A model generated the notes under the pieces. The model worked only from the letters and a program-made list of their open reading frames with translations, did no database searches and was not told the DNA's origin. From Anaerolineae bacterium (GTDB taxonomy: Bacteria > Chloroflexota > Anaerolineae > UBA1429), in contig OY776562.1 in the NCBI GenBank assembly GCA_963675785.1, positions 3,104,001 to 3,168,000 on the forward strand: a stretch of 64,000 nucleotides of DNA. The letters run 5' to 3'. How positions within the stretch are numbered: position 1 is the first letter of the stretch; the number at the start of each line of letters is the position of its first letter. Below are positions 45,504-57,444 of the stretch, piece after piece. The position numbers were made by a program, and so were the translations under genes.

Positions 45504-46361
45504 CTATCGCCTTTTCTGGAGGGGACTATCGACGATGGTCACATCCAGACTGATATCGAGAGCTTTGACCGAATGGGTCAGAGCACCCACCGAGATAAAA
45601 TCAACACCGGTTGCCGCCACCTCGGCTACGTTCTCCAGAGTGATGCCCCCAGAGGCTTCAAGCTCAACTCGCCCTGCGACCATTTCGACGGCCTGGCGCA
45701 TCATGGCGGGAGGCATGTTGTCCAGCATGATGCGGTCCACGTGAAGAGCAAGTGCCTGTTCGAGTTGGTCGAATTGCTCGACTTCGACTTCGATCTTGAG
45801 ATGTGGCGCTGTGGCACGCGCCCGGGCCACGGCGGCCTCGATGGATCCGGCTGCCTCAATATGGTTATCTTTGATCATGATCATGTCATAGAGGCCGTGG
45901 CGGTGGTTGGTAGCGCCGCCAATTGCTACGGCCATTTTGTCCAACAGGCGCAGGCCGGGCACGGTTTTACGCGTATCCAGAATGATGGCCTTGGTGCCAG
46001 CCGCCGCTTGCTGATATTGATGCGACATGGTGGCTATGCCAGACATGCGCTGTAAGAAATTCAGAGCCAGGCGTTCTGCCGTCAAAATGCCCGGCCCCTT
46101 GCCCTGTACGCGGGCAATAATGTCGCCCTTGGCAACCGAAGAGCCGTCAGGCAAGAGGGTGGTAAAGGCAATCCTCTCATCGACTTGGCGGAATACTTCG
46201 ATGGCCACCTCGATGCCAGCGACGATACCATCGGCCTTGGCCAGAAACTGTCCTTCGAGGAGCGTATTGGGAGGAATCGTGGCCAAGCTGGTCACATCAC
46301 CGGGACCGATATCTTCGGCAAGCGCTCGTGCTACGATGTCCTGGATTTGTGCTTGGATCAT
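45504..46361 (-). CDS. nadC: nicotinate-nucleotide diphosphorylase (quinolinate phosphoribosyltransferase)
   Basis: ALAEDIG.GDVT, DTRKT.PG, HR.GL.D, KDNH, EVEV, LDN, EASGG. Confidence 0.96.
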   Translation of the reverse strand: MIQAQIQDIVARALAEDIGPGDVTSLATIPPNTLLEGQFLAKADGIVAGIEVAIEVFRQVDERIAFTTLLPDGSSVAKGDIIARVQGKGPGILTAERLALNFLQRMSGIATMSHQYQQAAAGTKAIILDTRKTVPGLRLLDKMAVAIGGATNHRHGLYDMIMIKDNHIEAAGSIEAAVARARATAPHLKIEVEVEQFDQLEQALALHVDRIMLDNMPPAMMRQAVEMVAGRVELEASGGITLENVAEVAATGVDFISVGALTHSVKALDISLDVTIVDSPLQKRR

Positions 46362-46440
46362 GGTCTTCTCCAGCAGCCTTTCAAAGTGTATTGTTTCTAT
46401 TTTACCGCTCTGTGCCAAGACGCGCAAAGGTTCGCCAAAT

Positions 46441-46475
46441 ATAAAAATGCACCCGCATCACTCGATGCGGGTGCA
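46441..46475 (-). terminator. terminator of the ilv-leu operon
   Basis: TGCACCCGCATC-ACTC-GATGCGGGTGCA followed by TTTTTAT on the minus strand. Confidence 0.85.
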
Positions 46476-46491
46476 CGGCATTATGTAGAAA

Positions 46492-47415
46492 CTAGGAGGC
46501 GTGCGTAAGCCAGCCATACACATCTGGTGCTTTACCGGTGGCGATATCAAAGAAGCGTTCTCGGATCGCTTCGGTGATGGGCCCAACTAGACCATTACCG
46601 ACCGGAAGGCCGTCAACTGAGCCAATAGGCGTGATCTCTGCGGCGGTGCCGCAAAAGAACAGCTCGTCAGCTATATACAGGTGTTCGCGCGCGATCTGGA
46701 CTTCATGAGTCGTATAGCCCAATTCGCTGGCGATTTTCAACACGGCGTTGCGGGTAATGCCACCCAGGATAGAACCGGCCTGGGGGGTCAAAAGTTCGCC
46801 ATCGCGCACCATAAAGATGTTCTCGCCGCTGCCCTCGGCCACATAACCGTAAACATCCAAGGCGATGGCTTCATCATAGCCATGCTCGTGGGCTTCCATG
46901 TTCAAAAGTTGCGAATTGGTATAATGCCCCCCCGCTTTGACTGCCGCTGGGAAGGTATCGGGCGCCATACGACGCCAGGACGATACACCAGCACGTACAC
47001 CCTTGGCTTCGTCGGCCTCGCCTACAAGATACTTGCCCCAATCCCAGGCCGCGACAATGACCTCTACTGGGCAGCCAAAAGGAGATACGCCAAGCTGCTC
47101 ATAACCTCTGAAAACGAGCGGCCGAATATAGCACCCCTTGAGGCCGTTCTTGGCGACGGTGTCCACAATGGCTTTTTCGATTTCTTCAGGAGTAAAGGGA
47201 ATCTCCATGCGGTACACTTTGCAAGATTCGAACAGGCGACGAACGTGTTCTTTCAGGCGAAAGACAGCCGGGCCCTTGGGTGTGTCATAGGCACGAATAC
47301 CCTCAAAAATGCTCGATCCATAATGAAGTGCATGGCTCAGCACGTGGACTTTGGCATCATCCCAAGCGACAAACTCGCCATTGAACCAGATGTACTCGGA
47401 TTTGTTGAACGGCAT
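46492..47415 (-). CDS. ilvE: branched-chain amino acid aminotransferase
   Basis: [37 protein letters not shown]. Confidence 0.96.
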   Translation of the reverse strand: MPFNKSEYIWFNGEFVAWDDAKVHVLSHALHYGSSIFEGIRAYDTPKGPAVFRLKEHVRRLFESCKVYRMEIPFTPEEIEKAIVDTVAKNGLKGCYIRPLVFRGYEQLGVSPFGCPVEVIVAAWDWGKYLVGEADEAKGVRAGVSSWRRMAPDTFPAAVKAGGHYTNSQLLNMEAHEHGYDEAIALDVYGYVAEGSGENIFMVRDGELLTPQAGSILGGITRNAVLKIASELGYTTHEVQIAREHLYIADELFFCGTAAEITPIGSVDGLPVGNGLVGPITEAIRERFFDIATGKAPDVYGWLTHAS

Positions 47416-47431
47416 ACTGCCCTCCTGCTCG

Positions 47432-48499
47432 TTATTCGTTGACGATTGAAACGATCAAATCGCCCATTTCGCGCGTGCCCAGCGTTTGGCATGTGGGCTC
47501 GGCGATATCGGCGGTACGATACCCGCGAAGCAAAACTTGTTGAATGGCTGCCTCTATGCATACGGCTTCTGCTTCTAACTTGAGCGAATAGCGGAGCAGT
47601 AGCGCGGCACTGAGGATGGCAGCCATGGGGTTGGCAATGTTCTTGCCGGCTATATCTGGTGCAGTACCGTGAATTGGCTCGTAGAGGCCAAATGAACCCT
47701 CAGCCAGCGAAGCCGAAGGCAACATACCCATAGAGCCGGTGAGCATGGAAGCTTCATCAGTGAGAATATCGCCAAATAGATTTGCGGTGACGATGACATC
47801 AAAAGCTGCTGGCCGACGAATGAGGTGCATAGCACAGGCGTCTACCAAGAGTTCATCGTAGGCCACATCGGGATATTCACTGGCTACCTTGCGGGCGGTC
47901 TCTCGCCATAACCGTGAGCTCTCGAGCACGTTGGCTTTGTCGACCGAAGTAACGTGCTTTTTGCGCCCACGGGCAAGTTCAAAGGCTTTACGCACCACGC
48001 GCTCTATCTCGGCTCGGGTGTAGATCATGGTATCGTAAGCGGTGTTACCGTCGTCTTTGCGTCCGCGTTCGCCAAAGTAGATGCCGCCAGTGAGTTCACG
48101 CACGACCAGCAGGTCTGTGCCCTTGAGCGTCTCGGCCTTGATGGTGGATGCCTCGACGAGTTCTGGGAAGAGCTTGACTGGGCGCAGGTTGGCATACAGC
48201 CCCAAGCTCTTACGGATGCCCATGAGCCCCTGCTCAGGGCGAACACTGGCGGTGGGGTCATCCCATTTGGGGCCACCTACGGCGCCAAACAAGACGGCAT
48301 CCGAGTTCTTGCAGAGCACAATGGTTTCCTCGGGCAATGGATTCCCAGTTGTGTCGATGGCAATTCCGCCAATCAGGCCGCCCTTGAAGGTAAAGCTGTG
48401 CCCGAACTTGGCCGCTACAGCAGTGAGCACCTTGCGGGCTTCGGTTGTTACATCAACGCCGATACCATCTCCGGCGAGAACTGCAATATTCGCATCCAT
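47432..48499 (-). CDS. leuB: 3-isopropylmalate dehydrogenase
   Basis: [52 protein letters not shown]. Confidence 0.97.
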   Translation of the reverse strand: MDANIAVLAGDGIGVDVTTEARKVLTAVAAKFGHSFTFKGGLIGGIAIDTTGNPLPEETIVLCKNSDAVLFGAVGGPKWDDPTASVRPEQGLMGIRKSLGLYANLRPVKLFPELVEASTIKAETLKGTDLLVVRELTGGIYFGERGRKDDGNTAYDTMIYTRAEIERVVRKAFELARGRKKHVTSVDKANVLESSRLWRETARKVASEYPDVAYDELLVDACAMHLIRRPAAFDVIVTANLFGDILTDEASMLTGSMGMLPSASLAEGSFGLYEPIHGTAPDIAGKNIANPMAAILSAALLLRYSLKLEAEAVCIEAAIQQVLLRGYRTADIAEPTCQTLGTREMGDLIVSIVNE

Positions 48500-48519
48500 G
48501 CTTGTAACCTCTCGTTTAT

Positions 48520-49365
48520 CTATGCCTGACTGAGCGGTTGTTTGGCGCGTGAATAAGAGCCAAAGACGCGCACAAAGGTCGTCATTTCTTCCAACTGGTC
48601 AAGGGCTTTTTGGCAGCGTGTTTCGGCCAAGCTTCCCTGAAAATCGAGATAAAAGACATACTGCCAGGGCTTGCCGCGCAATGGCCGGGACTCGATCTTG
48701 CTCAGGTCAATGCCGCGTAGTGCAAAGGCAGCAATACACTGGAACAAGAGACCGGGCTCGTTCTGTCCGGCAAAAGCCAGGGAGGTTTTTGCATCTTTGG
48801 GGTCATCCAAAGGTTCACGCCCAAGGAGCACAAATCGCGTAAAATTGGAGGGATCATCCTCCATGTGCTCATCCAGGATCTGCATACCGTACAGTTCGGC
48901 GGCACCCTTACCCGCCAATGCGGCGGCATCACGCCAGCCTTCAGTTTTGAGCATACGCACACTGCCGGCGGTGTCTTCGGCTACAAAGGTCTCTACACCC
49001 TCTAGGCGTTTGAGATTGTGTTCGCACTGGGCCAGGGCCTGGGGATGCGAATAGACGCGCTTGATCTCACTCAACGTAACGCCCGGCTGGGCAATCAGAC
49101 AGTGGCAAATCTGCTCGACATGCTCGGCACGAATATGCAGATCATGTTTGAGCAGCAGATCGTAATTGCGGTGTACGCTGCCCGCCAGCGAATTCTCCAA
49201 GGGAACGACGCCGAATTCACACTCGCCGCTTTCAATAGCCTCGAACACGTCATCAAAGCTCTGCTTGGGCAACGTTTCGGCATCTGGCCCTAATAGAGCA
49301 ACACAGGCGAGTTCACTATAGGCGCCATGTTCTCCCTGAAAGGCGACACGTGTTTTAGCTGGCAT
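48520..49365 (-). CDS. pheA: prephenate dehydratase with ACT domain
   Basis: [36 protein letters not shown]. Confidence 0.95.
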   Translation of the reverse strand: MPAKTRVAFQGEHGAYSELACVALLGPDAETLPKQSFDDVFEAIESGECEFGVVPLENSLAGSVHRNYDLLLKHDLHIRAEHVEQICHCLIAQPGVTLSEIKRVYSHPQALAQCEHNLKRLEGVETFVAEDTAGSVRMLKTEGWRDAAALAGKGAAELYGMQILDEHMEDDPSNFTRFVLLGREPLDDPKDAKTSLAFAGQNEPGLLFQCIAAFALRGIDLSKIESRPLRGKPWQYVFYLDFQGSLAETRCQKALDQLEEMTTFVRVFGSYSRAKQPLSQA

Positions 49366-49867
49366 CTAGTTTCTCCCTGGCGAGGCGTTGCTTGGTATGG
49401 GGCACCAAACCACCAGCATGAATGATATCCAACATAAACTGCGGATACACCGTTGCTTCGTACGATTTGTTCAGTGTTTCGTTGGTGATTTTGCCCAAGG
49501 CCAAATCCACCGAGAGCACGTGACCTTGTTTGGCTTCAGCCACGGCCTCTGGGCATTCCAAAATGGGCAGGCCGATATTAATAGCATTGCGGAAAAAGAT
49601 GCGGGCGAATGTTTCAGCGATGACGCAGCTGATGCCCGCCGCTTTGATGGCTACCGGCGCATGTTCTCGCGAAGAGCCGCAGCCAAAGTTACGGCCGGCG
49701 ACGATGATGTCGCCCGGCTTGATCTTGGCCAAAAAGGTCTCGTCGATGTCCTCCATGCAGTGCGCGGCCAGTTCCTCGGGATCAGAGGAGTTCAGGTATC
49801 GCGCCGGAATGATGGCGTCGGTATCTACGTTATTGCCGTAGCGAAAGACGGTTCCTTTGATGCTCAT
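49355..49867 (-). CDS. leuD: 3-isopropylmalate dehydratase small subunit
   Basis: [31 protein letters not shown]. Confidence 0.95.
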   Translation of the reverse strand: MSIKGTVFRYGNNVDTDAIIPARYLNSSDPEELAAHCMEDIDETFLAKIKPGDIIVAGRNFGCGSSREHAPVAIKAAGISCVIAETFARIFFRNAINIGLPILECPEAVAEAKQGHVLSVDLALGKITNETLNKSYEATVYPQFMLDIIHAGGLVPHTKQRLAREKLDAS

Positions 49868-49882
49868 ATCGGCTCTCCTATA

Positions 49883-51220
49883 TTAGCTCTGCCGCCGTTC
49901 CAGCTCGCGGGTGATGGTGTCCTTGATGAGTACCGCATCGGCTGGCAATTCAATGGGCGGATTGGCATGCAATGATTCGACTTCTTCCAGTTGCTTTTGA
50001 TGGTAGGCGACCTTGAAATTGGTGAATTTCAGGCCATGAGCGGTCGAGATGACGATGACACGCTCGTTGTGTTTGATAACGCCACGGTCGAGCAGTTTGA
50101 ACAATGCTGCCAGGGCTACGCCAGTATGTGGGCAGGTGTACATGCCAGTCAGATCAGCGCGTGCTGTGGCGTCGGCCAGTTCGTGTTCGGTGGCCTGCTC
50201 TACCACGCCATCGAATGCTTGGAGAACTTTGACGGCCTTTTCATAGCTTACTGGGTTGCCGATCTGGATGGCGCTAGCAGCCGTCTTTTGGGCCTGGATG
50301 GGGGCAAAGGTCTCAAACCCCGTCTGATAGGCCAGATAGAAGGGATTGGCCCGTTCGGATTGGGCAGCCACCAGCCTGGGCAGCTTGTCGATGAGCCCCA
50401 ACTCTTTCATGAGCAAGAGGCCTTTGCCCAAGGCGCTGATATTGCCTAGGTTGCCGACGGGCATGATGATCCAATCGGGTACCTGCCAATCGAACTGCTG
50501 GACGATCTCGATGCCCACTGTCTTTTGGCCTTCGACTCGCAACGAGTTCATCGAATTGGCCAAATAGATCGAGTTATCCTGAGTGATCTCTTTGACGATG
50601 GCCATGCAGCCATCAAAATCGGTATCCAATGAGAGGACCATGGCTCCGTTGCAGGTAGGTTGTACCAGTTGGGCTGCAGAAACCTTGTCTCGCGGCAAAA
50701 ATACGATGGACTGGATGCCCGCAGCAGCGCAGTAAGCAGCCAGAGCAGCCGAGGTATCGCCAGTGGAAGCGCAGGCGATGGCTTGGACTGGCGATCCTTG
50801 GGACATCATCTGTTTGACTACGCTAACCAGGACAGTCATACCTAGATCCTTGAAAGAACCGGTGTGACTATTGCCGCACAACTTGACCCAAAGCTCATCC
50901 ATGCCAAGTTGACGACCAAGGCGCTCTGCCCAGAACAAGTTGGTGTTGCCCTCGTACATCGAGACTACATTTTCAGGCTCGATCTGCGGGCATACCCACT
51001 CCTTTTTGCCCCACACGCCGCTGCCGTAGGGCCAGCTGGTAGTGTGTGCGCGCTCAGAGAACAGGCTCTGCCATTCCTCAGCAGTTGTTTGTTTCAGAGC
51101 CTCTACGTCGTGGCAGACCTCAAGAAGGCCGCCGCATTTTGGGCAGCGGTAGATGACGTCAAAGATCGAATACCGCCCCTCGCACCCACGTACACACTGG
51201 AACCAGCTATCCAGTTGCAT
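49883..51220 (-). CDS. thrC: threonine synthase
   Basis: [48 protein letters not shown]. Confidence 0.93.
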   Translation of the reverse strand: MQLDSWFQCVRGCEGRYSIFDVIYRCPKCGGLLEVCHDVEALKQTTAEEWQSLFSERAHTTSWPYGSGVWGKKEWVCPQIEPENVVSMYEGNTNLFWAERLGRQLGMDELWVKLCGNSHTGSFKDLGMTVLVSVVKQMMSQGSPVQAIACASTGDTSAALAAYCAAAGIQSIVFLPRDKVSAAQLVQPTCNGAMVLSLDTDFDGCMAIVKEITQDNSIYLANSMNSLRVEGQKTVGIEIVQQFDWQVPDWIIMPVGNLGNISALGKGLLLMKELGLIDKLPRLVAAQSERANPFYLAYQTGFETFAPIQAQKTAASAIQIGNPVSYEKAVKVLQAFDGVVEQATEHELADATARADLTGMYTCPHTGVALAALFKLLDRGVIKHNERVIVISTAHGLKFTNFKVAYHQKQLEEVESLHANPPIELPADAVLIKDTITRELERRQS

Positions 51221-51258
51221 GTCGATCCCCTTTTTACTACCAGTTCATTCCACGATGC

Positions 51259-52533
51259 TTATTCTAGCTCTTGTGGCGTAGCGATGCGACCCATGACGGC
51301 ACTAGCCGCGGCAACAGCCGGGCTGGCCAGATACACTTCGCTCTCGGTGTGGCCCATGCGCCCCACAAAGTTGCGATTGGTGGTCGAAACGCAACGCTCG
51401 CCGGCCGCCAGAACGCCCATATGGCCGCCCAGACAGGGGCCACAGGTTGGCGTGCTGAACACGGCGCCGGCATCCACAAAGATGGTGGCCAAACCCTCTT
51501 CGACTGCCCGGCGGTAAATGGCCTGCGTGCCGGGAATGATGATGCAGCGCAGATTCGGGTTGACCTGGCGCCCCTTGAGCAGGTTAGCTGCGGTAACCAG
51601 ATCTTCCCAACGGCCATTGGTGCAAGAGCCAATGACCACCTGATCGATGGTTACATCGGTGGATTCGCTGACGCCGCGGGTGTTGCTAGGTAAATGCGGA
51701 AAAGCGATTTGCGGCTCGATAGCGCTGGCGTCGATTTCGATGATCTGCGAGACGGGTGCATTAGCATCGCCGGCAATCGCCTTGTAGGGGCGCTTGGCCC
51801 TGGGCTGTACATAGGCTTTTGTGATAGCATCAACGTAGAACATGCCGGCTTTGGCACCCGCTTCAATGGCCATGTTGGACATGGTCAGGCGGCTATCCAT
51901 ACTCAAGGTATCGATGGTTGGGCCAGTGAATTCGATTGCGTCGTACAGAGCACCGTCTACACCAACTTTGCCAATGGTGTAGAGGATGAGGTCTTTTCCG
52001 CTCACCCAAGGCTGCAGCTTGCCGGTGTAGACAAAGCGGAGGGTTTCGGGCACTTTCATCCAGGCCTGGCCAGTAGCCATAGCCACGGCAATATCAGTAG
52101 ATCCCATACCGGTGGCAAAGGCCCCCACGGCACCATAAGTGCAGGTATGCGAATCGGCGCCGACGATGATGTCGCCGGGCAGCACCAGGCCTTGTTCGGG
52201 CAGTAGGGCGTGTTCGATACCCATGCGGCCCACTTCGAAATAGTTAACGATGCCGTACTTGTGGGCAAACTCACGCATCATCTTGGCTTGTTCGGCCGAT
52301 TTGATGTCTTTGTTGGGCGTAAAGTGATCGGGCACGAGGGTGATGCGTTCCTTATCAAAGACCTTGTCTACACCCAGCTTGCCAAACTCGATGATAGCCA
52401 ACGGGGCAGTAATGTCGTTGGCCAGCACCATATCCACGTCTACTTGCACCAAGTCGCCAGGTTTGACGAACTCTTGGCCACAATGGGCAGCGAGAATGGC
52501 TTCTGCCATGGTCATCGGGGCATGATTGCTCAT
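51259..52533 (-). CDS. leuC: 3-isopropylmalate dehydratase large subunit
   Basis: [40 protein letters not shown]. Confidence 0.95.
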   Translation of the reverse strand: MSNHAPMTMAEAILAAHCGQEFVKPGDLVQVDVDMVLANDITAPLAIIEFGKLGVDKVFDKERITLVPDHFTPNKDIKSAEQAKMMREFAHKYGIVNYFEVGRMGIEHALLPEQGLVLPGDIIVGADSHTCTYGAVGAFATGMGSTDIAVAMATGQAWMKVPETLRFVYTGKLQPWVSGKDLILYTIGKVGVDGALYDAIEFTGPTIDTLSMDSRLTMSNMAIEAGAKAGMFYVDAITKAYVQPRAKRPYKAIAGDANAPVSQIIEIDASAIEPQIAFPHLPSNTRGVSESTDVTIDQVVIGSCTNGRWEDLVTAANLLKGRQVNPNLRCIIIPGTQAIYRRAVEEGLATIFVDAGAVFSTPTCGPCLGGHMGVLAAGERCVSTTNRNFVGRMGHTESEVYLASPAVAAASAVMGRIATPQELE

Positions 52534-54119
52534 GCGTTGCCTTCCTTTTCTTCAGAGGGGGTGCCGTTTTGTTGGGTGGACAGCAGTTTGTTCAAGGCAC
52601 TGAGATAGGCCTTGCCGCTTGCCACGATGATGTCCGTATCGGTGCCGTGGCCGCTAAAGGTGCGATGCTGTACGCCGGTTTGCGGATTGATTCCGCGGCT
52701 CGATTCGGCCTCAGCTTCGATACGGATGAGCACTTCACCTTGAGCATCGATACCTTCGGTGACCGAGTTGACGGTAAATTCGCAGAGCTCGTTGGGTACG
52801 CCAACGATGCGGTTGATGGCGCGATAGACGGCGTCTACTGGGCCAGCGCCGTGGGCCGAATCCGTCAGGACAGCGTTGTTGGGGCCGCGCAGTCTGACCG
52901 TGGCCGTGGGAATGGCGTGATCGCCGCAGGATACCTGTAGTTGTTCCAGCGCATAGACTTCCGTCGGCTGAAAGACCTCGTCAGATACCAGAGCTTCGAG
53001 GTCGGCTTCAGAGACGGTCTTTTTCTTGTCTGCCAGATCCTTGAATCGCTCATAGGCGCGGTCGAGCTGTTCTTTGTCCAAGTGAAAGCCCATCTCTTCC
53101 AAGCGTTCAGCCAGAGCATGGCGCCCCGAATGCTTACCCAGCACAAGGCGGCTGGCCGGAACGCCTACGGTGCTTGCATCCATGATTTCATAGGTCAGAC
53201 GGTTCTTGAGGACGCCATCCTGGTGGATGCCTGCTTCGTGAGCAAAGGCATTGGCACCGACAATGGCCTTGTTGGCTTGCACGTTCAGGCCGGTAAAAGA
53301 CGAGACCATGCGGCTGGATGGATAGATTTCGGTGGAGTGGATGTTGGTGCCGAGATCGTAGCGTGATTGCCTGACGTACAGGGCCATGACGACCTCTTCG
53401 AGGGCCGCATTGCCAGCACGTTCACCGATGCCATTGACAGTGCATTCTACCTGGCGAGCGCCATTCTCCAACCCGGCCAGGGTATTGGCTACTGCTAACC
53501 CCAGGTCGTTGTGGCAGTGCACCGAGATGATGGCTTTGTCGATGTCTGGCGTTTTCTCGGCGATGCCCTTGATCAGACCACCAAATTCGCTGGGTGTCAG
53601 ATATCCCACGGTATCGGGGATATTCAGGGTCGTAGCTCCAGCGGCGATGGCTTCTCCCAATACCTCATAGAGGAACTCGGGGTCCGAACGTCCGGCATCT
53701 TCGGGCGAGAACTCGACGTCCTCACACAGCGAACGCGCATAACTAACCATCTCGCGCGTCAGAACAACCACTTCAGCGGGCGTTTTGCCCAACTTGTGCT
53801 GCATATGAATCGGTGAGGTCGCGATAAAGACGTGAATACGGGCGTGTTCGGCATCCTTGAGGGCCGCCCAAGCCTTGTCGATATCGCTTCTGACGCAGCG
53901 GGCCAGGCCGCAAATCGTCGGGCGGCGCACACTTTCAGCCACCAGGCGCACAGCTTCCTGATCGCCGGGCGACGAGGCAGGAAAGCCCGCTTCGATGACA
54001 TCCACGCCCAGACGATCCAGCTGTTGAGCAATGCGGATCTTTTCGTGGGTATGCATGGTTGCGCCCGGAGATTGTTCCCCGTCGCGCAGGGTTGTATCAA
54101 AAATGATTATATTATCCAT
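52530..54119 (-). CDS. leuA: 2-isopropylmalate synthase
   Basis: [38 protein letters not shown]-terminal regulatory domain (GPVDA). Confidence 0.96.
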   Translation of the reverse strand: MDNIIIFDTTLRDGEQSPGATMHTHEKIRIAQQLDRLGVDVIEAGFPASSPGDQEAVRLVAESVRRPTICGLARCVRSDIDKAWAALKDAEHARIHVFIATSPIHMQHKLGKTPAEVVVLTREMVSYARSLCEDVEFSPEDAGRSDPEFLYEVLGEAIAAGATTLNIPDTVGYLTPSEFGGLIKGIAEKTPDIDKAIISVHCHNDLGLAVANTLAGLENGARQVECTVNGIGERAGNAALEEVVMALYVRQSRYDLGTNIHSTEIYPSSRMVSSFTGLNVQANKAIVGANAFAHEAGIHQDGVLKNRLTYEIMDASTVGVPASRLVLGKHSGRHALAERLEEMGFHLDKEQLDRAYERFKDLADKKKTVSEADLEALVSDEVFQPTEVYALEQLQVSCGDHAIPTATVRLRGPNNAVLTDSAHGAGPVDAVYRAINRIVGVPNELCEFTVNSVTEGIDAQGEVLIRIEAEAESSRGINPQTGVQHRTFSGHGTDTDIIVASGKAYLSALNKLLSTQQNGTPSEEKEGNA

Positions 54120-54232
54120 GGAGAGTCTCCCAAAGGGTTCTTCGCCATTAACTGGCTCGGCTCGATGTTGTTAGGACCTGCTCAGGTGCTGCGGTTCTCC
54201 GTCCGATTGACCTTGTCCCTAGGCCACCGACC

Positions 54233-55810
54233 TTAAGAGGAGAACCGCCTGAGTAGCGGCAGCTCGTAACTATCGAGTAGAGCCTGAAAACTCGCTTCGA
54301 TGATGTTTACCGAGCAGCCAACGGTAGTCCACGTCGTCTCGCCATTGGTGGCATCGATCATGACGCGGGTGAGAGCGCCGGTGGTTGCTTCTGGATCCAA
54401 AATACGTACTTTGTAGTCGTGCAGGTGCACAGGTTCCAACTCGGGATAATAGGGCAAAAAAGCTTTGCGCATAGCCCTGTCCAGGGCATTCACGGGACCG
54501 TCGCCTTCGGCGGCAGTGTGCATAGGGTGCCCATCGACCAACGCTTTGACGGTGGCTTCGGCCAGCACCTCGGTGTTGCTGCGCTTTTCGACCCTCACCA
54601 AGAAATCGAGCACCTGAAAGGGAGGTGCATAGTCGGCTTGGCGGCGGCGCACCAACAGTTCAAAGGAACCTTCGGCGCCTTCGTACTGAAAGCCTTGGCT
54701 TTCGCGCACTTTGAGCTCTGAGGCGAGGGTGCGTACGATTTCGTCGTCAAAGTCCAGCCCCATGTTTAATTCGTTCAATTTAGCAGAGACGTTGGCCCGC
54801 CCCGCTAGTTCGGAAACCAGGATGCGTTGTTGATTGCCCACCAGTTCGGGTTCGACATGCTGGTAGCTCTGGGCCGATTTGGCCAGGGCGTTTACGTGCA
54901 GACCAGCCTTGTGGGCAAAGGCACTGCGTCCCACATAGGGTTGGTGATCGTCGGGGCTCATGTTGGCGATCTCAGCCACATAGTTCGACGTCTCGGCAAG
55001 CGTATGCAAACTATCAGCGAGCAATGCTTTGCACGCCATCTTGATTTCGAGACCGGGGATGACCACGCAAAGGTTGGCGTTACCGCAACGTTCGCCATAG
55101 CCGTTGATGGTGCCATGGACATGCGTGGCGCCGGCTTCTACGGCGACTAGCGTGTTGGCGTCGGCCATGCCGCTGTCGTTGTGGGCATGCATACCGAGCC
55201 GGGCCTCGGGCAGTGCTTGGTGCGTTTCGGAGACGATGCGGTAGACTTGGCCGGGCAACATGCCGCCATTGGTCTCGCAGAGTACCAGGCAGCTGGCGCC
55301 AGCCTCGTACGCAGCGCGGCAAGTCTCCAGAGCGTATTCGGTGTTTGCTTCATAGCCATCGAAATAGTGCTCTGCATCAAAAATCACTTGTAACCCTTGC
55401 CCACACAAATAGGCGGTGCTTTCGCGGATCATGGCCAAATTCTCTTCGGGCGTGGTGCGTAGTACATCATAGACCTGACGAATATCCGCTTTGCCCACAA
55501 TGACCGCCACGGGAGCACCGGAATCGATCATGGCCTTGAGATTGGGGTCATCTGTCACGTCAGAGCCAGGCCGACGCGTGCTGCCAAAGGCCGCCAACTT
55601 GGCGTGAGCCCAAGGCAGTTCGCGGGCGCGGGCAAAAAACTCGGCGTCTTTGGGATTCGAGCCAGGCCAGCCCCCCTCGACATAACTCACGCCCAGCTCG
55701 TCGAGCTTTTGGGCGATGCGCAGCTTGTCGACAACGGAAAAAGAGATGCCCTCGCGTTGCGCCCCATCGCGCAGTGTGGTGTCAAGGATTTCAACGTGTT
55801 GCCTGCTCAT
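54233..55810 (-). CDS. cimA: citramalate synthase
   Basis: DTTLRDGAQREG, EGGWPGSNPKD, DAEH.FDG, HAHNDSG, GYGERCGNANL, FAHKAGLH, DYKVRI; likely start MSRQH. Confidence 0.9.
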   Translation of the reverse strand: MSRQHVEILDTTLRDGAQREGISFSVVDKLRIAQKLDELGVSYVEGGWPGSNPKDAEFFARARELPWAHAKLAAFGSTRRPGSDVTDDPNLKAMIDSGAPVAVIVGKADIRQVYDVLRTTPEENLAMIRESTAYLCGQGLQVIFDAEHYFDGYEANTEYALETCRAAYEAGASCLVLCETNGGMLPGQVYRIVSETHQALPEARLGMHAHNDSGMADANTLVAVEAGATHVHGTINGYGERCGNANLCVVIPGLEIKMACKALLADSLHTLAETSNYVAEIANMSPDDHQPYVGRSAFAHKAGLHVNALAKSAQSYQHVEPELVGNQQRILVSELAGRANVSAKLNELNMGLDFDDEIVRTLASELKVRESQGFQYEGAEGSFELLVRRRQADYAPPFQVLDFLVRVEKRSNTEVLAEATVKALVDGHPMHTAAEGDGPVNALDRAMRKAFLPYYPELEPVHLHDYKVRILDPEATTGALTRVMIDATNGETTWTTVGCSVNIIEASFQALLDSYELPLLRRFSS

Positions 55811-55826
55811 ACATGCGACTCCAGAT

Positions 55827-55859
55827 TGTGTCACGCCCCCAGCACGGGGGCGTGACACA
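55827..55859. repeat. perfect 14-bp inverted repeat between ilvC and cimA
   Basis: TGTGTCACGCCCCC-AGCAC-GGGGGCGTGACACA with no U-tract. Confidence 0.8.
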
Positions 55860-55868
55860 GGTTGATGT

Positions 55869-56897
<1,029 letters not shown>

Positions 56898-56922
56898 TTA
56901 CCGTGCGGATGCTGCCTGTATG

Positions 56923-57444
56923 CTAACCGTTCGTGATACCCGACAAGCCGCGCACCATGCCCATACTGCCGGTGCGTGAAATCTCTTTGATGCCAAAGGG
57001 TCTCAAGAGATCGATCAGCGAGTCGACCTTATCCTGTGTGCCGGTGATCTCGATGATCATGGATTCCAGAGCCACATCAATGATCTGGGCACGATAGATA
57101 TTGGCCAGGTCATGAATCTCGCTACGCGTACCCGGTTTGCAGTGCACCTTGATCATGGTCATCTCGCGAATCACTGCCGCATCATCACTGATGTCGCTCA
57201 CTTTGGTGACGTTGACCAGACGGCGTAGTTGTTTGATGATCTGCTCGATGCGGTCGTTATCACCGAGAACGACTACGGTGAGACGTGAGATCCCCGGTGT
57301 CTCTGAATGCCCGACAGTAAGACTTTCGATGTTGAAATTACGCCGCCTGAAAAGGTTGACAACATGACTCAAGGTGCCCGGCTTGTCTTCCAGCAGGACG
57401 ACGAGCGTTCGTTCCATGTAGGGGCCTTCTATGATTGCGCTCAT
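56923..57444 (-). CDS. ilvN: acetolactate synthase small subunit
   Basis: EDKPG.L..V..LF.RR.FNIESLTVG, IEITG, RTG. Confidence 0.95.
   Translation of the reverse strand: MSAIIEGPYMERTLVVLLEDKPGTLSHVVNLFRRRNFNIESLTVGHSETPGISRLTVVVLGDNDRIEQIIKQLRRLVNVTKVSDISDDAAVIREMTMIKVHCKPGTRSEIHDLANIYRAQIIDVALESMIIEITGTQDKVDSLIDLLRPFGIKEISRTGSMGMVRGLSGITNG

Noticed and set aside
46405-46430. GTGCCAAGACGC as a NiaR-like operator upstream of nadC
   Set aside because: Only an imperfect match to a TGTC-N2-GACA palindrome, and no regulator gene in the window.
54120-54232. 113-bp cimA-leuA gap as a leucine-sensing leader
   Set aside because: No Leu-rich mini-ORF, T-box or terminator seen.
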